Shown: positions 13,261 through 26,700 of the stretch, piece after piece
Layout: each line of letters opens with the position of its first letter
Numbering within the stretch: position 1 is the stretch's first letter
Assembly: GCA_964016885.1 (NCBI GenBank)
Contig: OZ024759.1
Location: forward strand, 33,046,001-33,110,000
Length of the DNA stretch: 64,000 nt
Direction of reading: 5' to 3'
Source of the DNA: Eledone cirrhosa
Taxonomy: Eukaryota
Position numbers and translations under genes: made by a program
Notes under the pieces: generated by a model
The model's input: the letters and a program-made list of their open reading frames with translations, nothing else
Told to the model about the DNA's origin: nothing
The model's database searches: none

Positions 13261-13828
13261 ATATATATATATATATATATATTTAATTAGAAAGTGAACA
13301 ACATAAAATATAACTAGTTAGACTTTCTAATTAAATAGCTCTGTTCTATACAAAGAGCACTCTATTTTCATATGCTTTCCTTCGGAATTACCTAACATAT
13401 ATATAATAAAGGGTTAGGCGTAGGATTAACCATATTATACTATCTCAAGTATCAAGTAGTTTGTTGAGTAATGTAACTAGTTTCAAAGTGAATCCATCTT
13501 GATCTCTCTCTCTATATATATTGTTCATACATGCATATATATTCATACATACATATATATATACACATACATATATATATATACACATGCATACATATAT
13601 ATATATACACATACATACAAATATATACACATACATATATATATATACAGATACATACATATATATATATACACATACATACATATATATATATTCGCAT
13701 ACATACATATATGTACACATGCATACATATATGTATACATGTAAGTGGGGTATGTATGTGTTTGTATATCTATTTATACTAATACTTAAAAAGAAAATAG
13801 TTATTCACTTGGTTTACATTCATCATTC

Positions 13829-13859
<31 letters not shown>

Positions 13860-13899
13860 AATATGTATATATATATATATATATGTAGATAAATCTACC

Positions 13900-14181
13900 A
13901 AAATATACGGTAGTGTCCAATCCGTATGAAGAACTCAATGTAATCCAAATATCATGAAAAGAGATGTATTCAAAAATGTTTTCGATGAAAATCACAGGAA
14001 AACAGAGTCAAGATAAATTAATAAAAACAAAGAAACAGTTCCTTATATAAAAAAAATTCATCATTTTACGATCGTTTCTAGGATATATATGTGTGTGTTG
14101 GTATGTATATCATATAGGTCTATGTAAACATTTTACAAACTATCAGAGGAAATATACATACCTACACATATATATGCTGTC

Positions 14182-14186
<5 letters not shown>
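13900..14186 (-). mobile_element. HHR-element family H with long stem II HHR-like motif (14063-14186)
   Basis: Minus strand (A)TGAAGA-CAGCATATATATGTGTAGGTATGTATAT...ATATACATACCAACACACACATATATATCCTA-GAAACGATCGTA; second copy at 4658-4815. Left boundary approximate. Confidence 0.55.
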
Positions 14187-14250
<64 letters not shown>

Positions 14251-14252
<2 letters not shown>

Positions 14253-14502
14253 CGAAGGAAATGTGGTAAGGAACCAGATGGACCATAACGCACCAAAGTA
14301 CTCAATACTTAGGGTAGTAGAGTGGGTAATATGAACGAGTAGGACGCCGACGGCTGAGCTCAAGCCGTTTCGACGGCTAATTCTGGACTAAAAAAAAAAA
14401 AAAAAATTTTTTTAAGTCCAGAATTAGCCGTCGAAACGGCTTGAGCTCAGCCGTCGGGGTCCTACTCGTTCCTATAACCCACTCTACTACCCTACTCGTT
14501 CC

Positions 14503-14503
<1 letters not shown>
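14251..14503 (-). mobile_element. HHR-element family A, fold-back copy
   Basis: AACGAAGGAAATGTGGTAAGG...CCGTTTCGACGGCTAATTCTGGACT(A)n(T)nAAGTCCAGAATTAGCCGTCGAAACGG...; in (TA)n. Confidence 0.9.
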
Positions 14504-14542
<39 letters not shown>

Positions 14543-15089
14543 TATAGAGAGAGTGAGAGAGAAAGAGAGAGGTACATCAAGTTCTGTCAGAATGTTTGCT
14601 ATTTCAATACAGACATTGTGTGTGTATATAATATATATATATATGATTGTGTTATTTCTGTTTACCTTTTACACATATACACACTCTCTTTACACCCACA
14701 CACACAGAAGACATTATTTATTCTGTCTGTTTAAATATTATATCTATACAGACAATATATATTCTTTGTGTCTTAATATACAACAGACTTACATATTAAG
14801 ACTAATGTTTTCATCTACTTATAGAAGCAGCCTCCCGAGCATTGACCTCAGGATTATTCTGGCACCAAAGAAGTAATGTATAACACTTAACAACTGGCAC
14901 TTAATCAACACTTGTATAGCTAAGAGGTTAAAGTGGTTAACTTGGAAATCTTGAGTACTCCAGTTCGATTTCAATTGGCTTGGTCGGTACTTTCATCATT
15001 TCCTTTTATTTTTTTGTTTTCATCGTTCTTGTTGAAACATGTGTTTGATAAATACGTTTCCTAAATTTCTTCATCTTGCTTTTCAAACC

Positions 15090-15210
<121 letters not shown>

Positions 15211-15226
15211 ATATTTATATATATAT

Positions 15227-15395
15227 AACGAAGGAGGTGTGGTAAGGAACAAGATGAACCATAACGTACCAGAGTACTCAATACCTAGGGTAGTAGAGTG
15301 GGTAATAGGAAAATGTTTGACACCGACGGCAGAGCTCAAGCCGTTTCGACGGCTATTTCTCAAGCTTGTGCTCTGCCGTCGGGGTCAAATATTTT

Positions 15396-15398
<3 letters not shown>
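15227..15398 (-). mobile_element. HHR-element family A, fold-back copy
   Basis: Same terminus AACGAAGG next to (TA)n; inverted arm ends ...TTTTCCTATATA. Confidence 0.9.
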
Positions 15399-15440
<42 letters not shown>

Positions 15441-15446
<6 letters not shown>

Positions 15447-15525
15447 TAAAATAAAAGATTAAAGTTTAAGCAAAGAATCGCTGCTTTCACCCTTAACGGG
15501 ATCTTCTGAAACTAACAAAGTCAAT
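15441..15525 (-). mobile_element. Family E fragment with HHR-like motif (non-canonical core)
   Basis: Minus strand CAGAAGA-TCCCGTTAAGGGT-GAAAGCAGCGATTCTTTGC; homologous to the 6554-6832 arms. Confidence 0.55.
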
Positions 15526-15556
15526 ATATATATTACATTCATACGCACACTTACAC

Positions 15557-15594
<38 letters not shown>

Positions 15595-15887
15595 GTGTAA
15601 GTGTGCGTATGAATGTAATATATATATTATATATATATATATAAATGTGTAAGTGTGCGTATGAATGTAACATATATATATATATATTTTTTTTCTCAAC
15701 CTGTTAGTTCCATCGTTACTTTGGTATTGTGTTAAACTTTGCCTGCCACAATGTTCAATTTGTCAAGCTATTTAAACGTATGTTATTACTCTAAGCACCT
15801 ACCCTTGTCGAGTGCTTTGCTAACTCATTCATATCGTAGGTCGAATCTGCTTACACACCGCCAAAGATTCGATTTTACTAAGCCTCC

Positions 15888-15971
<84 letters not shown>

Positions 15972-16131
15972 CACAAAGGAATTGTGGTAAGGAGCCAGAT
16001 GGACCATAACTTACCAGAGTACTCAATACTTATGGTAGTAGAGTGGGAAATAGGAAAAAAGTATGACCCCGAGCTCAAGAAATACCCGTCGAAACGGCTT
16101 CAGCCCTGCCGTCGGGGTCATACTTTTTCCT
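15972..16131 (-). mobile_element. HHR-element family A, fold-back copy with internal deletion
   Basis: Homology to 14251-14503; inverted arm GTCGAAACGGCTT...GCCGTCGGGGTCATAC. Confidence 0.88.
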
Positions 16132-16907
16132 ATATATATATATATATATATGATATATACATACATACGTATGTGTATGTATACAGGGGAAAGGAATTAA
16201 ATTAATCTACGTCTTCATTATGTATTCAAGACTGGGAGGTAAAGTGATCAGATTTCATGTTTCTTTGAGTTTTATTGTGGACAAATCCGAAAGCGTTCGG
16301 TTAGGTCAACTAATATATATAAATCATCATATAGAGAGGTGTGTATGTGTCTCTCCCCCTCTCTCTATATATGTATATCTCTTTCTCCTTCTCTCTTTCA
16401 ATCTTCATCTATTTGTATCTTTCTCACTGTGTTTGTGTATATATGTATATCTTACTCTCTGTCTATATATTAGTGTACGAATGTTTCTCATTGTCTCTAT
16501 ATGCATGTTTGTAAATATCTCTCCCCCTCACTTGCTCTCTCTGTTTGACTCTCTCTCACTGTCTCTCCCAATCTGTATGTATGTATTTCTTCACCGTCTC
16601 TCTCTCTCTGCGTATGCATGTCTCTCTCTCTCTCTCACTGTTTCTACCTCCCAACCCCCTCTCTTTATGTATGTGTACGTATATGCTTCTCTCTCTGTCT
16701 CCAAGTCTCTCTTAGTCTATATATATATATGTATACACACAGATATTTGTATCAGCTAGCTATCAGTATGTAAGACATTTCTTTCTCTCTTTCTCCCAGT
16801 CTCTCTCAGTCATATATATCTCTATATATATACACACACATATATATATATATATATATACACATATATATATATATATATACACACATATATATATATA
16901 CACACAC

Positions 16908-16974
<67 letters not shown>

Positions 16975-17021
16975 CAAATATATATATATATATATACACA
17001 TATATATATATATACACATAT

Positions 17022-17056
<35 letters not shown>

Positions 17057-17121
17057 CAAATATATATATATATATATATACACATATATATATACACACA
17101 TATATATATATATATAAATAT

Positions 17122-17183
<62 letters not shown>

Positions 17184-17282
17184 TATATAAATATATATAT
17201 ACATATATATATATACACACACACACATATATATATACGTATATATATATATATACACACACATATATATATATATATACAA

Positions 17283-17319
<37 letters not shown>

Positions 17320-17344
17320 TATATATATACATATATATATATAT

Positions 17345-17379
<35 letters not shown>

Positions 17380-17456
17380 AATATATATATACACACACAC
17401 ATATATATATATACACATATATACAAACATATATATATACACATATATATATATAT

Positions 17457-17519
<63 letters not shown>

Positions 17520-17554
17520 TACATATATACATATACATATATACATATATATAT

Positions 17555-17589
<35 letters not shown>

Positions 17590-17860
17590 AATATATATAT
17601 GTATATACATAGATATTTGTATCAGCTATCTATCAGTATGTACGTATGTCGGTGTAAATTGCTTTTGTCTGTCAGAATAAATGTTTATTATATACGTTTA
17701 AATTATATAAATACCGCATTAAATTTTAATTGTATAAAATACGTTGGCTTTCTTTTCACAGATAATGGATGGAACCAGGAATCTCATGAGATATTCAAAT
17801 ATCTATCAATCTTAGTTTTTATATAATTTATTCCTCTAATCCTTCCACTACCCCACCCCC

Positions 17861-17901
<41 letters not shown>

Positions 17902-17989
17902 TATCATACATGTATATGTGTATAGACACGCAAACACACACAAGCACACACGTTATATATATACATATATATATGTATATATATATATA

Positions 17990-18086
17990 TATACGTATAT
18001 ATATGTAGATATGTATACGTATATATACGTATAAAGACATGAAGAAATATAATTACATAAGTATACATATACATATACACACACAC

Positions 18087-18121
<35 letters not shown>

Positions 18122-18216
18122 TACGTATATATATGTAGATATGTATACGTATATATACGTATAAAGACATGAAGAAATATAATTACATAAGTATACATAT
18201 ACATATACACACACAC

Positions 18217-18253
<37 letters not shown>

Positions 18254-18340
18254 TATACGTATATATATGTAGATATGTATACGTATATATACGTATAAAG
18301 ACATGAAGAAATATAATTACATAAGTATACATATACATAC
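17990..18340 (+). repeat. Three tandem ~130-bp units containing a variable (TA)n
   Basis: GTATAAAGACATGAAGAAATATAATTACATAAGTATACAT repeated three times about 130 bp apart. Confidence 0.9.
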
Positions 18341-18346
18341 ACACAC

Positions 18347-18377
<31 letters not shown>

Positions 18378-18720
18378 AATAAGTATACATATATATATAC
18401 ATACATAAGTATACATATATACATGTATATATATACATACAGACACATAAGTGTACATATTTATACATATTTATATAAACACGGAGACACACACATACAT
18501 ACATATATATATATGTATATATATGCAATGTTCAAACGGAAAGTACCCCCTTTTGTCTGAATATCGCAATGACGTGAAACTAGAATAGATAATTCTTTAC
18601 AAACATATATTGCACTCTAAAACACGTATGGCGTACACCCATCCGCATTCATCCACAAAAGTCTAAAGTTTGAATACTCTATCTACCTAACTACCTATAT
18701 ATATATATATACACTCACAC

Positions 18721-18769
<49 letters not shown>

Positions 18770-19356
18770 GTATATATATATATATACGTTTCTAAATAAA
18801 TAATTAAATAAATAAATATATATATATATATATATACATATATAATATTTATATGTATGTACGTGCATGTTGCTGTGAATGAGTATGGGACTATTTCATG
18901 TTTGAGTGCTCGTGTATTTGTGACAATTATATGAGAGGAACTAAAAAGTTGATTTATTCTCATTGTCACGTGTATCACTTGATAGATTAACGTTCATTAA
19001 TTATTCAAATATTGAAATATATAAATTCATTTTACAAACATATATGCATATTAAGTATGCAATACAATCTCATCAAATGTTGCTTAACTTAACTAACTAC
19101 ACTAACAAAGTAATAGTGTGAATTGATAAAAGCTTGATCAAAGTTGGTGTATGATTAAATGAGCGTTTCAGCCATTTTGTCTGGAATTCTGATAATGAAG
19201 GCGAGGAAAGTTATGTAACGCTCGTGTCAACATTATGTGTAATGGCGAAAATGAGAAATTAAAAACAGTACTTAAATACGCCATTTCGCTATCAAAAAGG
19301 TTTAAGTTTGACAGTAAAGCATATCTATAGTTAAATTATAACAATAATAGCATGTC

Positions 19357-19402
<46 letters not shown>

Positions 19403-19449
19403 TATATATGCATATATGTATGTGTATATATATATACATATATATGTTA

Positions 19450-19506
<57 letters not shown>

Positions 19507-19631
19507 TATGTATGTATGTGTGTATGTATGTATATATATATATATATATATACATATATATGTATGTGTATATATATATATACATATATGTATGTGTGTA
19601 TGTATGTATATATATATATACATATATGTAT

Positions 19632-19805
19632 GTACCATGGGCCCAGCACTATGTGTCAATAATTGTCACAGGTGTAGTCTTTGTACCAGAGTTTTCAAGT
19701 CGCTGGCTGGACTAAAAAGTCGCACTCGTGCAGCGCATCGGTAGGGGTTCTCCTACATGGATATAAAATAGTGGCCGTACTCGAAAACGAGTTGGCAGCC
19801 ACCAT
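19632..19805 (+). mobile_element. RTE-type LINE 3' end encoding C2H2 finger (copy 3)
   Basis: [23 protein letters not shown]; same 3' end GAGTTGGCAGCCACCAT as the other copies. Confidence 0.75.
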
Positions 19806-19934
19806 ACATATAGACGTATGTATGTATGTATGTATATACGTATGTATGTATATATTATGAATCCACAGCCATTTACACAGCCACACACACATATATCTAT
19901 ACATGTTTTTCAATCAATATATATATATATATAT

Positions 19935-20121
19935 GGCGGTGGATTGGCAGTATCGGTAGAGGGTCGGACGCCATGCTTTGAAGCACAGAGTTACGGCCCT
20001 TTATTGTCTGAGTTCAAATCCCGCCGAGGTTAACTTTGCCTTTCATCCTTACGGGGTCGATAAAATAAAGTACCAGTAATACACTGGGATAATTGCTGGC
20101 CTTGTGCAAAAGTAGAAACAA
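19935..20121 (+). mobile_element. tRNA-derived SINE, full length
   Basis: A-box-like TGGCAGTATCGG, B-box GAGTTCAAATCCC, conserved centre GCCTTTCATCCTTACGGGGTCGATAAAATAAAGTACCAG, 3' end GTAGAAACA. Confidence 0.9.
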
Positions 20122-20528
20122 ATGTATATATATATAGATATTTAATACAATAACAGAGATAGTTTAAAGCTAAACTCTGACTGGTAACCATCTCACTCAA
20201 CAAACATTGGGTTATATTTTAATATAAATCCAATTTAAGTGTTTGGGGTGCTAACAATATGTATTATGTGGAAAAGCTAGTTGTATTATTTTATGAGATA
20301 TAATTAAAGTTAAAATACATCTCTAGATACATGATTATTTTGATGCTACTGTACTACACGCAAATCATTCATTGAATCAAGAAGTCATATAGTGTTTACA
20401 GAATCTTATATATACAATTAATATACTATATGAAAATCCTGTAGCTTCGGCAAACACGCTCTATTTGTAATGTGTATTATATTATTTAACAGTGTTTCAT
20501 AGTATAAGGGAATTAGAATGTACATAAT

Positions 20529-20612
20529 TGTTTCTACTTTAGGCACAAGGCCAGCAAATTCGCCAGTACATTACTGGTACTTTATTTTATCGACCCCGTA
20601 AGGATGAAAGGC
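20529..20612 (-). mobile_element. 5'-truncated SINE with perfect 18-bp target-site duplication
   Basis: AATTAGAATGTACATAAT at 20511-20528 and 20613-20630. Confidence 0.9.
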
Positions 20613-20901
20613 AATTAGAATGTACATAATGTTCTGTTAGAAGTGAGCTCTGCAGTTACACTTCAACTGTTTCGATAGCGAAATGTAAAATATAAATCCA
20701 CCAGATTTTAATTTCACATTTTTAGTCAAGTCCTTTAATGATGTTGGTCCTTTGTAAGTATTAATCCTAACTGAAGCTGGCATCTGGGAGATCTGAGGTT
20801 CGATTCCTTCTAGCGCCTGATGGCAACTTTCTTTTACGCCTTACAGTATTTAAACCCTAATTTATATTATCTCCGGCCATGAGCAGACCATTTTTGTTTA
20901 T

Positions 20902-21070
20902 GGTTTGGCAGTATTGTTACAGCGTCAGACAACTCTGCGACATAAGGTTCTGAGTTCAAATCTCGCTTAGGTTAACTGTGCCTATCATCCTTACAGGGTC
21001 AATAAAATAAAGTACCAGTCACGCAATGGGGTCGATTTAATTGACTTTCACCTCCCCCAAAAATTGTTGA
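20902..21070 (+). mobile_element. Older diverged SINE copy
   Basis: GAGTTCAAATCTCGC...CCTATCATCCTTACAGGGTCAATAAAATAAAGTACCAG. Confidence 0.8.
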
Positions 21071-21410
21071 ACTAAATCAGCTAACAATAGTATTATTGTG
21101 TTATTGTTTTATATATATATATATATTAGAATGTCCAAGATATATAAATATGGGCGGCTAAAACTCTTTACAACTGAAGAATATAATTATTTATTAAGTC
21201 TGCTATCCACAATACATATATAGATCATATTCACATACACATATACACACGCACACATACGCAACGTAGTTTATTGTGAAATATGTGCAGGCACGTCTAA
21301 TATAGAAAGTGTGCAAGAGATGATGTGATGGGTAGTAAATAAATTTGAGTCAAAATATCATCTGTGTCTGCAAGTGGATGTATGCGTATTTAAGGAGTAC
21401 GTATGTCTGC

Positions 21411-21477
<67 letters not shown>

Positions 21478-21479
21478 TA

Positions 21480-21650
21480 TAGTTTTAATATAGAAGAGAT
21501 TCTACAGGACTAGAACTGTTTCATTCATTAGAAATCATCAATGAAACAGTTCTAGTCCTGTAGAATCTCTTCTATATTAAAACTATTATACTCTGCTATG
21601 TATTGAGTACCTTACTTACTGTGGTTACCTCCGATTCAACCCGGAATAAC
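21480..21650 (+). mobile_element. HHR-element family F fold-back copy
   Basis: Perfect ~45-bp inverted arms; the left arm reads on minus TGATGA-TTTCTAATGAAT-GAAACAGTTCTAGTC-CTGTAG; diverged relative at 27844-27942. Confidence 0.8.
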
Positions 21651-21834
21651 GTATATAAATATATATATATTTATGTATGTATAAATATTGATGTATATAT
21701 ATATATTCATGTATATATAAATATGTATGTATGTATAAATATTTATGTATATATATATTTATATGTATATATTCATATATTTATGTGTATTCATATATTT
21801 ATATGTATATATAAATGTGCATAGATTTATAGAT

Positions 21835-21874
<40 letters not shown>

Positions 21875-21907
21875 TTATATATATATAAATATTATATATT
21901 CACATAT

Positions 21908-22050
<143 letters not shown>

Positions 22051-22268
22051 ATACATGACAAACCCTGAGATGTTAAATGGTCAAGATTTAATTAGTGATT
22101 AACCCAGGATAACATTTTACTTATATAGTCTAATTATGAGAAAATGCGAAAACGTAATAAATTCATTAGAGAATGTGTGAGTAAGAAAAAACGTTGCTTA
22201 TTGTAACTGTTATAAAAGTTTTTTGTAAAACTCATTCTTTGACATAATCTTTGAATATCGTTTAACAC

Positions 22269-22326
<58 letters not shown>

Positions 22327-22560
22327 GCTTACATGTTTCTGGGTGATATGCGGTGTGTGAATATGGAAGGGATTAAATTCTATCCCAGTGTGAAAATGTC
22401 CGTAAAATATTATCACCTCAACGTTATCTAACCATATAATATCGCGCGGTTTCCTATCTGATGCTTCCCTCATATTTAATAAAAGAAACCATTGGCTCGT
22501 TGATATATCTCTATATCTAACACACCACCAAGAAAGAAATCACGACGTTATATATGTGTG

Positions 22561-22609
<49 letters not shown>

Positions 22610-22612
22610 AAT

Positions 22613-22668
<56 letters not shown>

Positions 22669-22716
22669 TGAATCTTCACACTCCAAACACGCAAAGCACA
22701 CACATATATATACACA

Positions 22717-22772
<56 letters not shown>

Positions 22773-23077
22773 TATATGTATATATTTGTATGTGTATATA
22801 TTCAAATCATCGATTTTGTTTTAAAATCCTTTTATCACATCATACATCTAGCTATATCTAAAATCTAAATCTCTCTTCTACATCAATCTTTGCACTTCTT
22901 TCTACAGGTAACCCACTTATGTAGTACACACACCTTTTTGTTAATTAACAAATCATTCTTTTATCAAATTATTATTAATATTATTATTACAATTTCTAGA
23001 TTTTATCTTCGTTTGCTTTGAAGATAAATCCTTATTTTGCTTTCGTAACAAACAATCGCATATTCTCCGCATTACGT

Positions 23078-23410
<333 letters not shown>

Positions 23411-23417
23411 TATATAT

Positions 23418-23466
<49 letters not shown>

Positions 23467-23618
23467 TATATAATATATATATACATATATAAATGGTGAT
23501 TCAGTAGATTTGTAGTCTGCTGACGAAGGTACAAATAGTAGCAGTCTATGCTATAGCAGAGTGTATATATTAACGTACATATGTATATATATACATACAT
23601 ATATATAGGTAATATATA

Positions 23619-23658
<40 letters not shown>

Positions 23659-23814
23659 TATATATATATATATATATAGTATATATATATGTACAATCCA
23701 ATCCATGGAGTGAGGGTAGTGATTAGTTTGTGAAAATTAGATGCCAGTAGAACGGAGGGCATGTGCTCAATGTGTATAGGATGCAAGTCAAGTGTTTAGA
23801 GAGGGCAAAACAAA

Positions 23815-23862
<48 letters not shown>

Positions 23863-24318
23863 CAAGAAAGAAGAGTGACACGGTTTGCTGGAATACACCT
23901 AACTGGACTACACCTAAGTGGTACCTATAACAATAATATGTATATATATATTGAAGAAATCCCAGGGTGGGTATCTCTTATCTAAGGGACATTTCTAAAA
24001 TAGGGGTAGTGGCATTTATTTGGATAATTTATCTAAGGGAAGATGTACAAAATCCCCTACACCTCCTGCCTAAACACTAACCCGAATTTCCAATCAATCA
24101 TTAGGTTTATGATGTTGTTAGTGGTAGACATAATTCGATCTGAATCGCCCAAACCTGCCACCGAGATATCGACTTGATATTGTGCCTATACGAGAAAAAT
24201 CAATCGTTATTTAGCACCTTTTTCATCTCATTAGATCACATCTTCAGAGAGATCGATGAATACATCTCCTTAAGAAATAGATTGACCTTGCCAAATAAAG
24301 ATAACATCTTTTTATTGG

Positions 24319-24366
<48 letters not shown>

Positions 24367-24626
24367 TGTAACAGTTTCATCACGTAAACAACCAATATAT
24401 TGTGCACATCGCTGGTGGTGAGGATTGTGGCGGCGGGGTGTTGTATGTATTAATGTTATCGATGGTGTGTGTTCTATTAATAGTCTCCCCTTTTGGTGGT
24501 AGCGATGGTGGAGCTGTTGTCGTCGGTGGTGATGTGTGTGTTGATCTGTGTGGGGTGGTGTAGTGTGTAGTGGTGATTGTGGTGTTGGCGATGGTGGTCG
24601 ATGTTGGAGCTGTTGGTGGTGTAGTG

Positions 24627-25090
24627 TGGAGATAGTGTTGGTGGTGTAGTGTGTAGTGGTGAGTGTGGTGTTGGAGATAGTGTTGGTGGTGTAGTGTGTA
24701 GTGGTGAGTGTGTTGTTGGAGATAGTGTTGGTGGTGTAGTGTGTAGTGGTGAGTGTGGTGTTGGAGATAGTGTTGGTGGTGTAGTGTGTAGTGGTGAGTG
24801 TGGTGTTGGAGATAGTGTTGGTGGTGTAGTGTGTAGTGGTGAGTGTGGTGTTGGAGATAGTGTTGGTGGTGTAGTGTGTAGTGGTGAGTGTGGTGTTGGA
24901 GATAGTGTTGGTGGTGTAGTGTGTAGTGGTGAGTGTGGTGTTGGCGATGGTGGACGGTGTTGGAGCTGTTGTTGGTGTAGTGTGGAGATAGTGTTGGTGG
25001 TGTAGTGTGTAGTGGTGATTGTGGTGTTGGTGTTATGGTTGTTGATAGTAATGGTGGTGTTGGAGATAGTGTCGGTGGTGTAGTGTCTAG
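24627..25090. repeat. 45-bp G/T-rich minisatellite (~7 near-perfect units plus degenerate flanks)
   Basis: TTGGAGATAGTGTTGGTGGTGTAGTGTGTAGTGGTGAGTGTGGTG; period 45 (24671, 24716...). Confidence 0.95.
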
Positions 25091-25366
25091 TGGTGTTGGT
25101 GTTATGGCTGTTGGTGTCAATGGTGGGGGTTGGTAGATGATATTGTTGCTATTGTTAATGTTATAAGGGGCAGAAGTATTAAGGAGAAAGTCATTGATGT
25201 TTCACCACAGAAAAAAATCAGTAATTATACTGAAATAATAGGAAAATATAGGAAAGTAGAGTAACAAATGGTGTAATGATTAAAACACACACACACACAT
25301 ACACACACATACATCACACACGCACACACACGCACGCACACACACACACATACATCACACACGCAC

Positions 25367-25399
<33 letters not shown>

Positions 25400-25583
25400 T
25401 CACACACGCACACACAAATATATATATATATACACACACATATATACATGCACATATATATATACACACACATACATACACACACACATACACACACACA
25501 CACACATACATCACACACGAACACACACATATATATATATATACACATATATACACACACATATATACATGCACATATATATA

Positions 25584-25621
<38 letters not shown>

Positions 25622-25697
25622 TATATATACACATATATACACATACATATATATACATGCACATATATATACGCATATATATATATATATATATACA

Positions 25698-25781
<84 letters not shown>

Positions 25782-26039
25782 TCATATATATATATTTTAT
25801 ATATATAACAAGAAAAAAACGAAGAATTAAAAATACAGCAATTAAACAAAATAATTAAGATAATATTAATCGATCTGGTTAGATCAATATCGGATTTTAT
25901 AGAAATACAAAAATATAAAAATAAAACAAACCAAGAAACAAATTATATTAAAAAATTGTAATATGACGTTTAAGATATGACTGAGGAAAGATGGCGGTGG
26001 AAAGGAGATTGGATAGATAACAACTACAATAACAACATC

Positions 26040-26040
26040 T

Positions 26041-26086
<46 letters not shown>

Positions 26087-26470
26087 ACCAACTGCTACCA
26101 CTACAACATCAACTACATCAACAATAACAACATAAAATGCTACCACTACTACTACTGCTGCTGTTGCTGCTACTACTACTACTGCTGCTACCACTACTGC
26201 TACTGCTGCTACCACTACTGCTACTACTGCTACTACTATTTCTGCTATTACTGCCACTACTACTGTTAATGCAGCTGCTGCCACTACTACTACTATAACA
26301 CTAACTGCTACCACTACAGAAACCACGGCAACAATAACAACCACAAAAACTATTATTACTACTACTACAATAACAAAACCAACAACAACTCCCATAAAAA
26401 CAACAACAACTACTACTACCAGCACCACCAGAACAGCAACGCCTACTACTACTACTACTACTACTACTAC
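26040..26470. repeat. Degenerate (CTA/CTG/CAA)n trinucleotide tract
   Basis: Direct reading. Confidence 0.95.
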
Positions 26471-26574
26471 ACAGGTATACACATACACACACACACACAC
26501 TCTCTCACACTTTTAATACTTATCATTAGCTGTATATTCGAAGAGCTAGAAACCAACGATCTCCAGTTTCCTAA

Positions 26575-26700
26575 GAGTTCCCTGTCTCACAGTCAACTGG
26601 TAGCCTCTCTGAAACCAGTGGTATGATACTCAGCAGAGAGCTCCCTGTCTCACAATCAACTGGTAGCTGCTATGAAACTAGTGGTATGGCACTCAGCAGA
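26575..26700 (+). repeat. Two diverged 63-bp tandem units
   Basis: GAG(T/C)TCCCTGTCTCACA(G/A)TCAACTGGTAGC...TGAAAC(C/T)AGTGGTATG..ACTCAGCAGA twice. Confidence 0.85.

Noticed and set aside
14251-14503. Interpreting the palindromic elements as TA-targeting MITEs (Tc1/mariner type)
   Set aside because: The arms are unequal, inner breakpoints vary between copies, non-palindromic copies of the same families exist and HHR motifs are present. This fits retro-derived fold-backs better, though MITE origin is not formally excluded.
19935-20025. tRNA gene
   Set aside because: A/B boxes are present but there is no cloverleaf, and the sequence continues into a multicopy SINE body.
23515-23550. CTGACGAAGGTACAAATAGTA, possible HHR 5' half
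   Set aside because: No GAAA or stem III follows, and there is no second copy in the window.
24380-25120. His-rich 15-aa repeat protein (HHTHHYTLHHQHYLQ)
   Set aside because: It is the reverse translation of a 45-bp G/T minisatellite with no synonymous-site variation pattern or gene structure.
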